A stretch of DNA of 50,740 nucleotides from a virus (lineage: Duplodnaviria > Caudoviricetes): positions 1 through 50,740 of IMG/VR virus record IMGVR_UViG_3300033067_001948; one strand, given 5' to 3'. The position numbers and the translations under genes are program-made. Below, in pieces: positions 1 to 8,618 of the stretch; the stretch's first letter is position 1; every line of letters starts with the position of its first letter. The notes beneath the pieces were generated by a model. The model did no database searches and was not told the DNA's origin. It was given only the letters and a program-made list of their open reading frames with translations.

Positions 1-157
1 AGCGGGCGCCGGGTGTTCTCCATTATTGGGACCCCTTATAAGCGCGGTAGAGCAGAATCAGCGAAAGCACGAAAACGATCACGGCCAGGATGAGCGACAG
101 GGAAGAGCTTCGATCTTGGGTCAGCTCGTCGGCCAGCTCGGGCGGGAGAGGTATCAT
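1..157 (-). CDS. small membrane protein, runs off the left edge
   Basis: ATG at 157 overlaps the stop of the LuxR gene; MIPLPPELADELTQDRSSSLSLILAVIVFVLSLILLYR contains one hydrophobic helix. Confidence 0.45.
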
Positions 158-345
158 GCGGCGGACCTCCGGAGCATGAGCACGATGAACTGGCTCCGGT
201 TCGAGACGCCGGCTCGTCGATAGATTTCGACGAGCTGGTTCTTCACGGTCTGTTCGACCAGGCCGAGCTGCTCGGCGATCTGGCGATTCGAGCGCGCGGC
301 GACGACGAGCTGCGCGATCGCGAGTTGGCGGGGAGAAAGGTTCAT
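154..345 (-). CDS. LuxR-family HTH transcriptional regulator (stand-alone DNA-binding domain)
   Basis: LSPRQLAIAQLVVAARSNRQIAEQLGLVEQTVKNQLVEIYRRAGVSNRSQ fits the LuxR/GerE C-terminal pattern; ATG 345 has GGAG upstream. Confidence 0.85.
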   Translation of the reverse strand: MNLSPRQLAIAQLVVAARSNRQIAEQLGLVEQTVKNQLVEIYRRAGVSNRSQFIVLMLRRSAA

Positions 346-776
346 AGCTCCCACGTTTCTCCGTCTGTTGCGCGTTCGTCCATGTATTCGCGCAGCTCGG
401 TAGCCCATCTGCGGGTCGCTTCTAGGAGATCATCAGCCATTCGGACAAGAGACTCGTCACAGTCTCCGAAGCGAGCGCCGATCGCTAGCGCGCACTTCTC
501 CACGTTGTCATCCAAGCGCCTCAGGTCTCGATCCGTAAGCCGTATAGCCTTACATGGCGGTTTCACTTTCGAACCGGGCAGAGAGAAACGTACCAGCCAG
601 GACGGACCGAAGGTGTTCCTGAGCTGTTGGAGCAAGTCCTGACGTTCTGTTCCTGGATAACTCGAGTAGCATCCAGCTTCCCAGCAGTGACGAAGACTCG
701 CTTTCCACTGGCGTCCGTTGGCGGCGGCGAATGCCGTCAAAGCGTTAATTTGTTCAGCGGTTGGTGTGTTGTTCAC
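342..776 (-). CDS. hypothetical phage protein
   Basis: 144 aa ORF, GGAGG upstream, 4-nt overlaps with neighbours. Confidence 0.6.
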   Translation of the reverse strand: MNNTPTAEQINALTAFAAANGRQWKASLRHCWEAGCYSSYPGTERQDLLQQLRNTFGPSWLVRFSLPGSKVKPPCKAIRLTDRDLRRLDDNVEKCALAIGARFGDCDESLVRMADDLLEATRRWATELREYMDERATDGETWEL

Positions 777-859
777 AGATTTGGCCTCCAGAGAACCGCC
801 ATCAGAAGTGCGGCGATCAACAGCAAAATAATCACAAGCAGACCAGCTTCAAAAGACAT
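773..859 (-). CDS. 28-aa hydrophobic peptide
   Basis: MSFEAGLLVIILLLIAALLMAVLWRPNL, GGAGG RBS, fills the gap exactly. Confidence 0.45.
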   Translation of the reverse strand: MSFEAGLLVIILLLIAALLMAVLWRPNL

Positions 860-1164
860 CAGAGTGCCTCCGTCGTAGGCGAAGCGTCGAAGGAGCCGAG
901 CAGGCCCATCGTCTCTTCGGTCAGGTGAATAACGCCGGTATGCAGAGCCGGAAAGTAGAGAATCGAACCGTCCGGAAGGTGGACCGTGACAGTGTTGGTG
1001 GGCTTCGGCCGGAAACGCTTCGGCACTTCGACCGTGGGGGCGAGTTCGCGCCGCGGCGGTTCGTACGTGTCGAATTCGAAAACCTTGCGGTAGTACGCCA
1101 GGCGCGCCGGATCGGCCGGCGCGCTGCGAACCTGGCGAAGGAAGCGATCACTTACTGCTTCCAC
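859..1164 (-). CDS. hypothetical protein
   Basis: 101 aa ORF in a tightly packed operon. Confidence 0.55.
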   Translation of the reverse strand: MEAVSDRFLRQVRSAPADPARLAYYRKVFEFDTYEPPRRELAPTVEVPKRFRPKPTNTVTVHLPDGSILYFPALHTGVIHLTEETMGLLGSFDASPTTEAL

Positions 1165-1643
1165 GATGAGCCTCCGGATTTCGAATGCTGAATGTAGAGG
1201 GACGCGGCGATCGCACGCACATCTTCGGAGGTGAACTGGATACCGTAGCCCTTGGCGGCCGCGTACTTTTCGGTCTGGATGCAGGAGTCAACAGCCTGCA
1301 TCAGACAAGCGGCCATAAGGTTTGCGTCCGGTGGGGCGGCGAGCTGAGGCGGGAGCGCGATCGCGGCCGCGGCCGTCGGCGCCGGCTTGGGAGCGGCGAC
1401 GGGTTCAATCTGCCATTCGGTGGTTCTGCCCGACTGACGTTTGCAGATCCGGAGCGGCTGCCGCGGCTGGATGCCGGCGGCCGTGATCTTCTCGGCCACT
1501 GCGGAATTCACGTAGAAAACGCGCCCATCCGTGCAGCTGAACATCTTCTGCGGTCCGTACTGGCCTTCGACATCGCGGCCGTCGGCAAACTTCAATGCGA
1601 CTTCGACGGGTACGTTTGGTTCGAAGCGGATGATCTCACTCAC
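1152..1643 (-). CDS. hypothetical protein, possibly ssDNA-binding/recombination related
   Basis: GTG 1643 after GGAGGTG; beta-rich N-terminus (GQYGPQKMF), Pro/Ala linker, helical C-terminus; function is inference. Confidence 0.55.
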   Translation of the reverse strand: MSEIIRFEPNVPVEVALKFADGRDVEGQYGPQKMFSCTDGRVFYVNSAVAEKITAAGIQPRQPLRICKRQSGRTTEWQIEPVAAPKPAPTAAAAIALPPQLAAPPDANLMAACLMQAVDSCIQTEKYAAAKGYGIQFTSEDVRAIAASLYIQHSKSGGSSWKQ

Positions 1644-1873
1644 GACTTCACCTCCGGTTTCGTTGCGAGCTTCACGTAGGGCAGCTTGCGCATATTGCGA
1701 GAGAAGAACGAGCCCTTTGAAGGGCTCGCCATCAGCGCCACGTGTGTGGCCGGTTCGACGGCCGGGTACTGATAACGGCCGCCGCTTTTGAAATCGATCT
1801 GGAGGGTGCGCGAATCGGCATCGTAGCCGATCGCGCGAATATTGGAAGACTGCACAGGAACGGTGTCCATCAC
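1640..1873 (-). CDS. KTSC domain protein
   Basis: VQSSNIRAIGYDADSRTLQIDFKSGGRYQYPAV...LMASPSKGSFF is the KTSC signature. Confidence 0.9.
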   Translation of the reverse strand: MMDTVPVQSSNIRAIGYDADSRTLQIDFKSGGRYQYPAVEPATHVALMASPSKGSFFSRNMRKLPYVKLATKPEVKS

Positions 1874-2481
1874 GCAGCCTCCAGTGCATGCTCGCGTTCC
1901 TCTTCGCCGAGCTTCACCAGGTCAGCGTCTTCGTTGAGAGCCTTGCAATCTTGGCACGCAAAAGCGTTGTTTCCGTGATCGTCCTCGATTGCAGTGATGC
2001 GGGGAGAACCGCAGCACATGCAGAAGCTGCGTTCGCCGATGATCCACTGGCGATAGCGATCCTGGATCACCTTCTGGATCTTGGTGAGATCCGCAGGCGG
2101 GAGAAACGGAAACTCCCGCATGATTTTTCCGATGGCGAGGACGGCGTAGCTGTACGACGCCTCGAAGAGTTTGGTATCTTCAGGGTGGATCTCGCGAGAA
2201 AAAGAGACTCCGATCATTGGGCTTGTCGGTCTGGCCACCGGCAGGCCCAAACTCATTTGGGACATACTTTCCTTCCTTTCGATTTCTGAAATAAAACGGG
2301 CATAGATTTCGGTGATCTGGTTTTCGAGGTGCCAGTAGGCGCGCGCTAAAACGATGCGTGCGTCTTCACGCTGCCGGGACACTTCGTTGTCGAGCAAACG
2401 CAGCGTTTCGCAAGCCTGGCGCAAGTTCATCACGGCTGGCAGGGCCTCGATTTCATTGCGGTGCGTGATTGCTTCGTTCAT
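1870..2481 (-). CDS. hypothetical protein with C-terminal CxxC...CxxC zinc ribbon; first gene of the early operon
   Basis: CMCC...CQDC; ATG lies 5 nt from a TATAAT box. Confidence 0.7.
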   Translation of the reverse strand: MNEAITHRNEIEALPAVMNLRQACETLRLLDNEVSRQREDARIVLARAYWHLENQITEIYARFISEIERKESMSQMSLGLPVARPTSPMIGVSFSREIHPEDTKLFEASYSYAVLAIGKIMREFPFLPPADLTKIQKVIQDRYRQWIIGERSFCMCCGSPRITAIEDDHGNNAFACQDCKALNEDADLVKLGEEEREHALEAA

Positions 2482-2486
2482 GATTT

Positions 2487-2515
2487 ATTATACGAACCCC
2501 CTTCGTATAAGTCAA
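2487..2515 (-). promoter_or_regulatory. sigma70 promoter TTGACT-N17-TATAAT, leaderless, overlapped by a palindromic operator
   Basis: -35 at 2515-2510, -10 at 2492-2487; palindrome TTATACGAA-CCCCC-TTCGTATAA at 2488-2510. Confidence 0.85.
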
Positions 2516-2537
2516 GTACTTTCGTCATGCCAAAACA

Positions 2538-2569
2538 CAAACAAACCGGGTTCGTATATACTCTCGGCT
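2538..2569 (+). promoter_or_regulatory. divergent promoter (-10 TATACT) with a second operator half-site
   Basis: TATACT 2557-2562, 7 nt before ATG 2570; TTCGTATA at 2551-2558. Confidence 0.6.
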
Positions 2570-2785
2570 ATGGCAACGAAACAAAAAGCGCTCTCAAAGG
2601 AGGCGCGCGAGTTTTTTGTGAGTGAAGGCAGAAAAGGTGGCCGGGCGAGTTGGAAGGGATACTCGAAAACTGAGCGCTCGGATCGCGCCCGATCGGCGGT
2701 TGCTGCCCGGTGGGCACGCTGGAGGCGCGACAACGGCAAGCCGCTTAAGCCGGGTGATAAGGAATTATTGGAAGGTACCGAATGA
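2570..2785 (+). CDS. small basic GRKGG-motif protein, candidate repressor
   Basis: SEGRKGGRASWKGYSKTERSDRARSAVAARW. Confidence 0.75.
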   Translation: MATKQKALSKEAREFFVSEGRKGGRASWKGYSKTERSDRARSAVAARWARWRRDNGKPLKPGDKELLEGTE

Positions 2786-2973
2786 TCGAAGCCGTGTTTT
2801 CAGTCTGCGGAATGGCGCTGCTTTGGATCTGCGCTGTGATCTTACACGGCATATTCGAGGACAGTCCGGGGATGTGGATCTATTTCATAGATTTTGTCCT
2901 CGGAGCCGCCGCGGTTTATTGCGTGGTGCGCTTCGTTCATTGGGCATGGATGAATCCGATGCCTTTCGTGTAA
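2782..2973 (+). CDS. two-TM small membrane protein
   Basis: two hydrophobic segments, ATGA overlap with the upstream gene. Confidence 0.6.
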   Translation: MIEAVFSVCGMALLWICAVILHGIFEDSPGMWIYFIDFVLGAAAVYCVVRFVHWAWMNPMPFV

Positions 2974-3054
2974 CTCAGTTCATTGTTCAATTCACTCCAG
3001 TACCACGCAGCCAATTAGGGAGGGCAGCGCGGCACGAAGAAAGGAGTACTCCCC

Positions 3055-3402
3055 GTGAACTCCATTTGGATCATGCTCGTGATGGCCGGCCTTGCGAAAC
3101 AGCAAGCGACGGACATCGCAAATAAGACGGAAATGCAATTGCACGCGAACCTCGCCGCTTACACCTCGGGAGTCGCTTCTCCGGAGAGAAAAGCCGAAGC
3201 GCTCAGAAAATTCGATGAAACGTGGGAACGGTTCACCGGTCCGGACGGATGCGGATCCGCGACGCTGCGCCAGTATGGAGAGCGCTGTATCAGCGAGCGG
3301 GAAGAACGCGGTAAGTTTGACTGGATCCGCACGTACCGGCAGCCGATCGCGGACTCAGTGATCATCACCGTCGGGCCCGGCGGAATCGGACCGCCGCGTT
3401 AG
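3055..3402 (+). CDS. hypothetical protein
   Basis: AAGGAG RBS, 115 aa, hydrophobic N-terminus, two Cys. Confidence 0.65.
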   Translation: MNSIWIMLVMAGLAKQQATDIANKTEMQLHANLAAYTSGVASPERKAEALRKFDETWERFTGPDGCGSATLRQYGERCISEREERGKFDWIRTYRQPIADSVIITVGPGGIGPPR

Positions 3403-3738
3403 CTTTATGTTGCAGAGAATTCGGTTGCGTCTGCTCTTCTGGTGGTATGAGTTGCGATATCGGGATGTACGCCGTTACCGCGATCGTGCTCTCACTGAAA
3501 TGGGTCAGTGCGCGGTTTGCGGGAATTATTTTAAGGGTTCAATTTGTACGTGGTGTCGCACCTCGCGGTAGCTTTTCTCCTAGCCAGTTGTCCGCTTGAA
3601 TCGGACAACTGAAACCGCCTCCAGTTGCTCATTACTGGAGGAAAATCGCCAAAAGCGCGAACACAGAATCAGTCACTTAGGGACCCAAAAACGGCCTCAG
3701 TTGCTCACTATCCGAATACTGGGCAATTCAAATGGAGC

Positions 3739-4284
3739 ATGGAATCTGACCGTAAGTACCTCACTGAACACGAGTTAAAAGCGCTACTGAAGAGCATCAA
3801 GAAGCCTCGCGACCTGGCTATTTTCACAATTTCGTACTGGCGAGGACTGCGTGCGAGTGAGGTTGGGAAGCTCACGATCAGCTCATTTGATGCGAAAGCC
3901 GGCCGCCTGCACGTGCGTCGATTGAAGCGATCGCTGGAGGGTAGTTTTCTGCTTGGTCCACCCGAACTGTCAGCGATGCGCGCCTGGCTGAAGATCCGCG
4001 GGACGGCGCCGGGTCCGTTGTTTCCTTCTCGAGAGAAACGTGGGATCAGTCGTCGCATGTTGGATGTGCTGATGCGCAAGTACGGAGAGCTCGCCGGCAT
4101 CCCGCCGCACCTTCGTCACTTTCACACGCTGAAGCACTCGATCGGAACGCATTTGCTTGGTAAGCTCGGTATCCAGGAGGTGCAGGATTGGCTCGGTCAC
4201 CGAGACATCAAATCCACAATGGTTTATGCGGCATTCAGGAACCAACAGAGAGATGCGGCGGCGCGCCGAGTGTACGAAGACTGA
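3739..4284 (+). CDS. tyrosine recombinase, FimB/FimE-like (catalytic domain only)
   Basis: RKYLT, GLRASE, VRRLK, HTLKHS, LGHRDIKSTMVY; start uncertain (ORF open from 3625). Confidence 0.9.
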   Translation: MESDRKYLTEHELKALLKSIKKPRDLAIFTISYWRGLRASEVGKLTISSFDAKAGRLHVRRLKRSLEGSFLLGPPELSAMRAWLKIRGTAPGPLFPSREKRGISRRMLDVLMRKYGELAGIPPHLRHFHTLKHSIGTHLLGKLGIQEVQDWLGHRDIKSTMVYAAFRNQQRDAAARRVYED

Positions 4285-4423
4285 CGGGAAGCTGTTCGAG
4301 ATCTACAAACTCAACAGGACCCTGACTGCATATCTGGCAGCGTTCATTTGGAGGAGGGAGTCGATGATGTCCCCTGTCTACGCAGCCCTGAGAAAACATC
4401 GGACAGGCGGCGAGCGGTAAGCT

Positions 4424-4732
4424 GTGAGCATGGACAGGCGATCGTTTCTGATGGCGGCCGCGGGCGCTGCGTGCGCTCCCACTGTGGCGGCCGCGGGCGC
4501 TCCCACTGTGGCAGCCGTCGATGAGAGCGTGACTGTCTTGGGTGCTGCGCTTGTGCTGTCGACTCTGCACTGCGAGATTCACTATCGCTCCCGCCATGGC
4601 GAGTTTCTGGAGAGATTCAGCCAGGAGGCGATGGAAGAGGGCCGCGTCCGTGTTGTGGACGGCCGTCTTGTTGTGACGAATGAAGGCCGAGTTCCCGACG
4701 GCATCATTCCTCTTTCAAAGTGGGTCCGCTAG
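4424..4732 (+). CDS. hypothetical protein with twin-arginine-like leader
   Basis: MDRRSFLMAAAGAACA; tandem duplication APTVAAAG/APTVAAVD. Confidence 0.55.
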   Translation: MSMDRRSFLMAAAGAACAPTVAAAGAPTVAAVDESVTVLGAALVLSTLHCEIHYRSRHGEFLERFSQEAMEEGRVRVVDGRLVVTNEGRVPDGIIPLSKWVR

Positions 4733-4889
4733 CGGCAACATCGAGCTGACGGTGCCCGCGTCCTCCGAAGAGCATTAAGGCGTTTAGCAGCACGGGCACC
4801 GCGGCCTTTTACAGCACGCGCCCGCCTCGTCCACTACAAGCTTCGCATCTCGAAGGATAGAACGCTCGCTATCCGGCAAATAGCCGGGC

Positions 4890-5090
4890 GTGATTCTCTC
4901 TCCAGACGGCCGCCGTCTTCGCCGTGTCATTGGATTCGAATCCCGCTGGATCTCTGAAGGCGACAACGGCGGCCAGGTGGACCTGGTCTCTTACCTCGAA
5001 GTGGCAACAGATTCCGCAGATGCCACAGAAGAAGACGACAGACTTGGAGGCGCAGCGCGCCGCGATCGTGGACGAATTCGGCCGCGTTGA
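4890..5090 (+). CDS. hypothetical protein (probably leaderless)
   Basis: GTG exactly 10 nt after GGCAA (4875-4879). Confidence 0.5.
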   Translation: MILSPDGRRLRRVIGFESRWISEGDNGGQVDLVSYLEVATDSADATEEDDRLGGAARRDRGRIRPR

Positions 5091-5424
5091 TGCCGAGTTG
5101 GGCCCTTTGAAGAAGCGTCACGAACAGCTTCGAAAGGAAATACTTTCCTGGCTGCCTGCAGGGACTCTTCCGAGTGCAGTCATAACGCAGCAAGGGAGTA
5201 CACATGTCGTACAGATCGGTGCAGCTGGAATCGATCGAACGATCACCGGTATCGTTAAGCTCTTCGATCGCGTGGGCAAGACTCAATTCCTGAAACTGTG
5301 CACCTTTCCACTGAAGGCCTTTGACTCTCTGATTCCGGCAGACGAGCACAAAAAGTACCTCAAAGAAGAGCAGACCGGCAGCCGTAAGGTGACTGTAGTG
5401 GCCAAGTTCCAGCCATCAGCTTGA
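5020..5424 (+). CDS. hypothetical protein with N-terminal coiled coil
   Basis: MPQKKTTDLEAQRAAIVDEFGRVDAEL... Confidence 0.6.
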   Translation: MPQKKTTDLEAQRAAIVDEFGRVDAELGPLKKRHEQLRKEILSWLPAGTLPSAVITQQGSTHVVQIGAAGIDRTITGIVKLFDRVGKTQFLKLCTFPLKAFDSLIPADEHKKYLKEEQTGSRKVTVVAKFQPSA

Positions 5425-5564
5425 AGGAACATACGCTTACAATTTAGATATCTGTTGATTTTAGGGAAGTTGCGCCTGGCCGCCGAGCCGGCGCAAAAAT
5501 TTCTCGTGCAGAGCTGTGCAGTCTCTACGCGCGCGCGAGCTGTTTGGCAATACAGGGTCACCCG

Positions 5565-5960
5565 ATGGCGAAGAAGTTGGCGGTTGCGAAGAAGCAGATC
5601 ATTGCGGCCGGCAAAGTGGCCGGAAAGAAGCACGCTGTCATCGCGCGTGAAGCACGCGTATCGGTAAGTACAGTTGATCACGCTCACCAGGACACCGAAA
5701 CGCGCGCTTATATGGAGGAATTCTCCGCGGCGAGCGCAGAGCACCTCCGTGAGGCTTTTCGCATTGCGTGCGAAAAGCTGAAAGAAGACGTCGCGAATCC
5801 GGATCCGCAGGTGCGCAGCTTCGCCAGGCGCGATCTGTTGAGCTACGTGCAGGGCGCAGACAAGGGCCGCGGTTTAGAGCGCGGAGTGGGCGCAAAAGAC
5901 GGCCAGGGCGAGTTTCTGCTGGCTGATCTCATGAAGATTTTCGTGAGGGACGTCGAGTGA
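5565..5960 (+). CDS. HTH protein, possible terminase small subunit
   Basis: KKHAVIAREARVSVSTVDH HTH followed by helical region; TerS role is inference. Confidence 0.5.
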   Translation: MAKKLAVAKKQIIAAGKVAGKKHAVIAREARVSVSTVDHAHQDTETRAYMEEFSAASAEHLREAFRIACEKLKEDVANPDPQVRSFARRDLLSYVQGADKGRGLERGVGAKDGQGEFLLADLMKIFVRDVE

Positions 5961-6481
5961 AAGCGCTCACCGGTTGGCGCTTGGAGCTGTTTGAAAAACA
6001 CACAGCGTGGGCCAAGGGAATGGGCGCGTCTGTTGTGCGCAAGCTGCCACCGTGTTTTGATCGCGATGAGATCGAGCAGGCCTGTCTCATTGGTCTGATG
6101 AAGGCCTGCAGTAAATACAGGCGCAATGCGCCCGTTCCCTTCCGCGCTTTTGCCCACGTCTACGTGCAAAAAGAGCCGTTTATGGCGGTGCGCCGGAAGG
6201 AATACACCGAGCGCACGCACGTTGAAATCACGCACGACGTGCCCTGTGAGGCAGCGCCCGCGCATCTGCCAGAGCGCGATGAGACCTTGCTTGCGGCAAT
6301 ACGTACGCTGCAACCAAACGAGCGAAGCGTGATCGAGCAGCATTTTCTGTTCGGCGTTGGCCTGGCGAACCTGGCGGACAGGTTCGGGGTTCGCCGTTCT
6401 GAGATCGAACAACTGCGCGATGGCGCACTAGCCCGTCTCCGGGAGGCGATGAGTGCTGTCGACCGAAAACAAGCTAGCTGA
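5957..6481 (+). CDS. phage sigma-70 family sigma factor, FliA/WhiG-like (regions 2 and 4)
   Basis: DRDEIEQACLIGLMKACSKY...VPFRAFAH; LQPNERSVIEQHF...LADRFGVRRSEIEQLRDGALARLR. Confidence 0.85.
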   Translation: MKALTGWRLELFEKHTAWAKGMGASVVRKLPPCFDRDEIEQACLIGLMKACSKYRRNAPVPFRAFAHVYVQKEPFMAVRRKEYTERTHVEITHDVPCEAAPAHLPERDETLLAAIRTLQPNERSVIEQHFLFGVGLANLADRFGVRRSEIEQLRDGALARLREAMSAVDRKQAS

Positions 6482-6881
6482 GCTCGCATCTCAGATCAGA
6501 TACCAGGATTCGCAGGCGACCAACGGCGCCGTAGTCGCCATCGCCCGCAAGATCGAAGTCGGAAAGCTCCTGATGGAAGCGCGCAAGCTGTTCAGCCACC
6601 GCGGCGGCGAGTTCGGCGCGTGGGCGCAACGGGAGTTCGGATGGCGGCGAGCGCACGTGGCTCGTCATCTCCGCCTGGCTCGAAATGGATCACGCGTGAT
6701 ACAGATGGCCAACGGCGATGTATCTCTGCGCGGTGCATTGCGGCTCATAGGCGGCGAGCGCGAGAAGGGTGAGCACGAAGAAAAGTACGTCCTGGTGGGC
6801 GTGCTCGATGGGCCTCCGGGCGAAGTACCCGCGGCCGAGTTGGTAAACCACGTCAAGGAATGGAGAGTGAGAAAAGCATGA
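6453..6881 (+). CDS. DUF3102-domain protein
   Basis: IEVGKLLMEARKLF...GEFGAWAQREFGW...ARHLRLA. Confidence 0.75.
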   Translation: MLSTENKLAELASQIRYQDSQATNGAVVAIARKIEVGKLLMEARKLFSHRGGEFGAWAQREFGWRRAHVARHLRLARNGSRVIQMANGDVSLRGALRLIGGEREKGEHEEKYVLVGVLDGPPGEVPAAELVNHVKEWRVRKA

Positions 6882-8275
6882 GTGAACGAACCGTCGAATA
6901 CAAGATGAGCGAAGGCGAATTGCAGAGCATCTTTCCGCCGGTCGATGGCGTGATCGCGATGCAACTGCAGGAAGAAAAGCAGGAAGCGGCAGTGCTGCAC
7001 ACACCGACGCGAATACTCACGGTCGAAGAGACAGCGGCGCTGAAAGCGGAAGCAGCGGCGAAAGAAGCGACGCGCCGGACTCTTCTTACGAACGAGGAAA
7101 AGGCGGCGTTGTTGGGCAAAGAGCCCACCATCAGCATCGACACGCTGAACGCGTTGCTCGAATCGAATCGCCAGTGGAATGGCGTGAAGGCGCTGCTCGA
7201 ACCGCTAACGGTCGAAGGCACGTCGTATCTCGGGACACTCAAAGGGCTGATTGAATTGAGAGACCATCAGCGTGGGTACGCTCGCCAAATTGAGAACTTC
7301 CGCTCTCTCAACTCGCGGATTATGGACTCGCTTGCTGCCGAACGAAGCCTGACTGATCAGTTGGTGCGGCAGCGCGACGCGGCCGAGAAAGAGCTGGAAA
7401 TCGTGCGGAAGCGCCTCGAGGAAAGCCACCACAACGTCAGCGTGCTGAAGGAACAATTCGCGGAGTGGGAAGCTGCACGCGATGCGGCGGAGAAAGAGCC
7501 GGAGATCTTGCGGAAGCGCCTTGATGATCCGGCTGAAATCGTGGGCCGGTATCGGGCGTGGCTGAATGGGCAGGGCTTGGCGTACAGCACCTACGCTGTG
7601 AAGGGCGACGAAGCGCTGCCGATCGACGCGAACGCTACTCCCAAGCCTGCGACAAGCTCATTCGTCATTCTCGGCGAGCCTGCGGAACAGGCGGACCAGC
7701 AGAGCGACAAAAAGCAGACCGACGACGAAGAATCGCAGTTTGGAGTTCCAACGTGGACTTTGGCGGCACTGGTGACTCTGGCCGTCATGATTATCTACTG
7801 TTTGGTCTCCATCGGCGAGCTGCCGACCAAAGCGGATTTTAAAGCAGCGGTGTTCACGGCAGCCAACGCGCAGAGCGTAGCTTACAGCGCAGACAGCACG
7901 GCGAACTCGGCCTGGGTGCGAACGAAAGACCTTGAACTGAAGCTTAGCGATGCCTCGACGCAGGCGATCGCCGTTGCGAATCAGCTCAACAAAAACGACC
8001 GCGAGTTAGCACGCGTGGCGGGAAAGACGGTCGAGGCGATCGTCTCGCACGAGCAGCGCATCTCCTACCTGGAAGGGTTTCAAGCAACCAGCGGCGCGAT
8101 CATCCTTACGCCGGGCGATGCGAACGCGACGACGCCGTTTACTGTGGCGGAACCGGACGCAGCGCAGCCACTGCGATTTCGCAGCCCGGCTGCAGCGGCC
8201 GCGGCGGACCAGTTTTGTTATCACGTCGAAACGGGCGAGATGACGAAGGGGCCATGCAAGACAAGCCAACAGTAA
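6878..8275 (+). CDS. coiled-coil membrane protein
   Basis: coiled coils on both sides of one TM (WTLAALVTLAVMIIYCLVSI); internal duplication RDAAEKE-x-EI-x-RKRL. Confidence 0.65.
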   Translation: MSERTVEYKMSEGELQSIFPPVDGVIAMQLQEEKQEAAVLHTPTRILTVEETAALKAEAAAKEATRRTLLTNEEKAALLGKEPTISIDTLNALLESNRQWNGVKALLEPLTVEGTSYLGTLKGLIELRDHQRGYARQIENFRSLNSRIMDSLAAERSLTDQLVRQRDAAEKELEIVRKRLEESHHNVSVLKEQFAEWEAARDAAEKEPEILRKRLDDPAEIVGRYRAWLNGQGLAYSTYAVKGDEALPIDANATPKPATSSFVILGEPAEQADQQSDKKQTDDEESQFGVPTWTLAALVTLAVMIIYCLVSIGELPTKADFKAAVFTAANAQSVAYSADSTANSAWVRTKDLELKLSDASTQAIAVANQLNKNDRELARVAGKTVEAIVSHEQRISYLEGFQATSGAIILTPGDANATTPFTVAEPDAAQPLRFRSPAAAAAADQFCYHVETGEMTKGPCKTSQQ

Positions 8276-8429
8276 GGCTGAGCAATCCCGAGCTGAGGCT
8301 TCGACTGATCTGGACAACGGCAGCCGGCACTGTGACCGGTACCGTGCTCGAATCACTGACCGACGCAGGCCAGTATGTTTACGGTCAGCCTGTCGTAGGG
8401 GAGTACTCCTCGGCTTTCCCAGTTTTAGA

Positions 8430-8618
8430 GTGGACCCGGAGGAAGAGGAGTTGCTGCTCACAGCGCTGCGCGCGATCGCAGAACGGAGGCGAAGGCGCAG
8501 CTGCGGTGAGTGCGGAGGGACCGGTGTTCTTGTCAACGATGGTCCACGTAGTCGATGCGACGATTGCGGCGGAACAGGGCAATCCCCCGGGCATGAACCT
8601 TCGAAGATTCGTCCCTAG
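8430..8618 (+). CDS. small CxxCxGxG zinc-finger protein
   Basis: CGECGGTG...CDDCGGTG (DnaJ-type repeat). Confidence 0.55.
   Translation: MDPEEEELLLTALRAIAERRRRRSCGECGGTGVLVNDGPRSRCDDCGGTGQSPGHEPSKIRP

Noticed and set aside
2488-2510. loxP resemblance (TTCGTATA/TATACGAA)
   Set aside because: The arms are in the opposite order to loxP, shorter, and coincide with a promoter; operator is the simpler reading
8215-8592. Long N-terminal extensions given by the ORF track (also 25486, 28356, 36721, 22537)
   Set aside because: They overlap upstream genes; internal starts with ATGA coupling or the GGCAA motif are better supported
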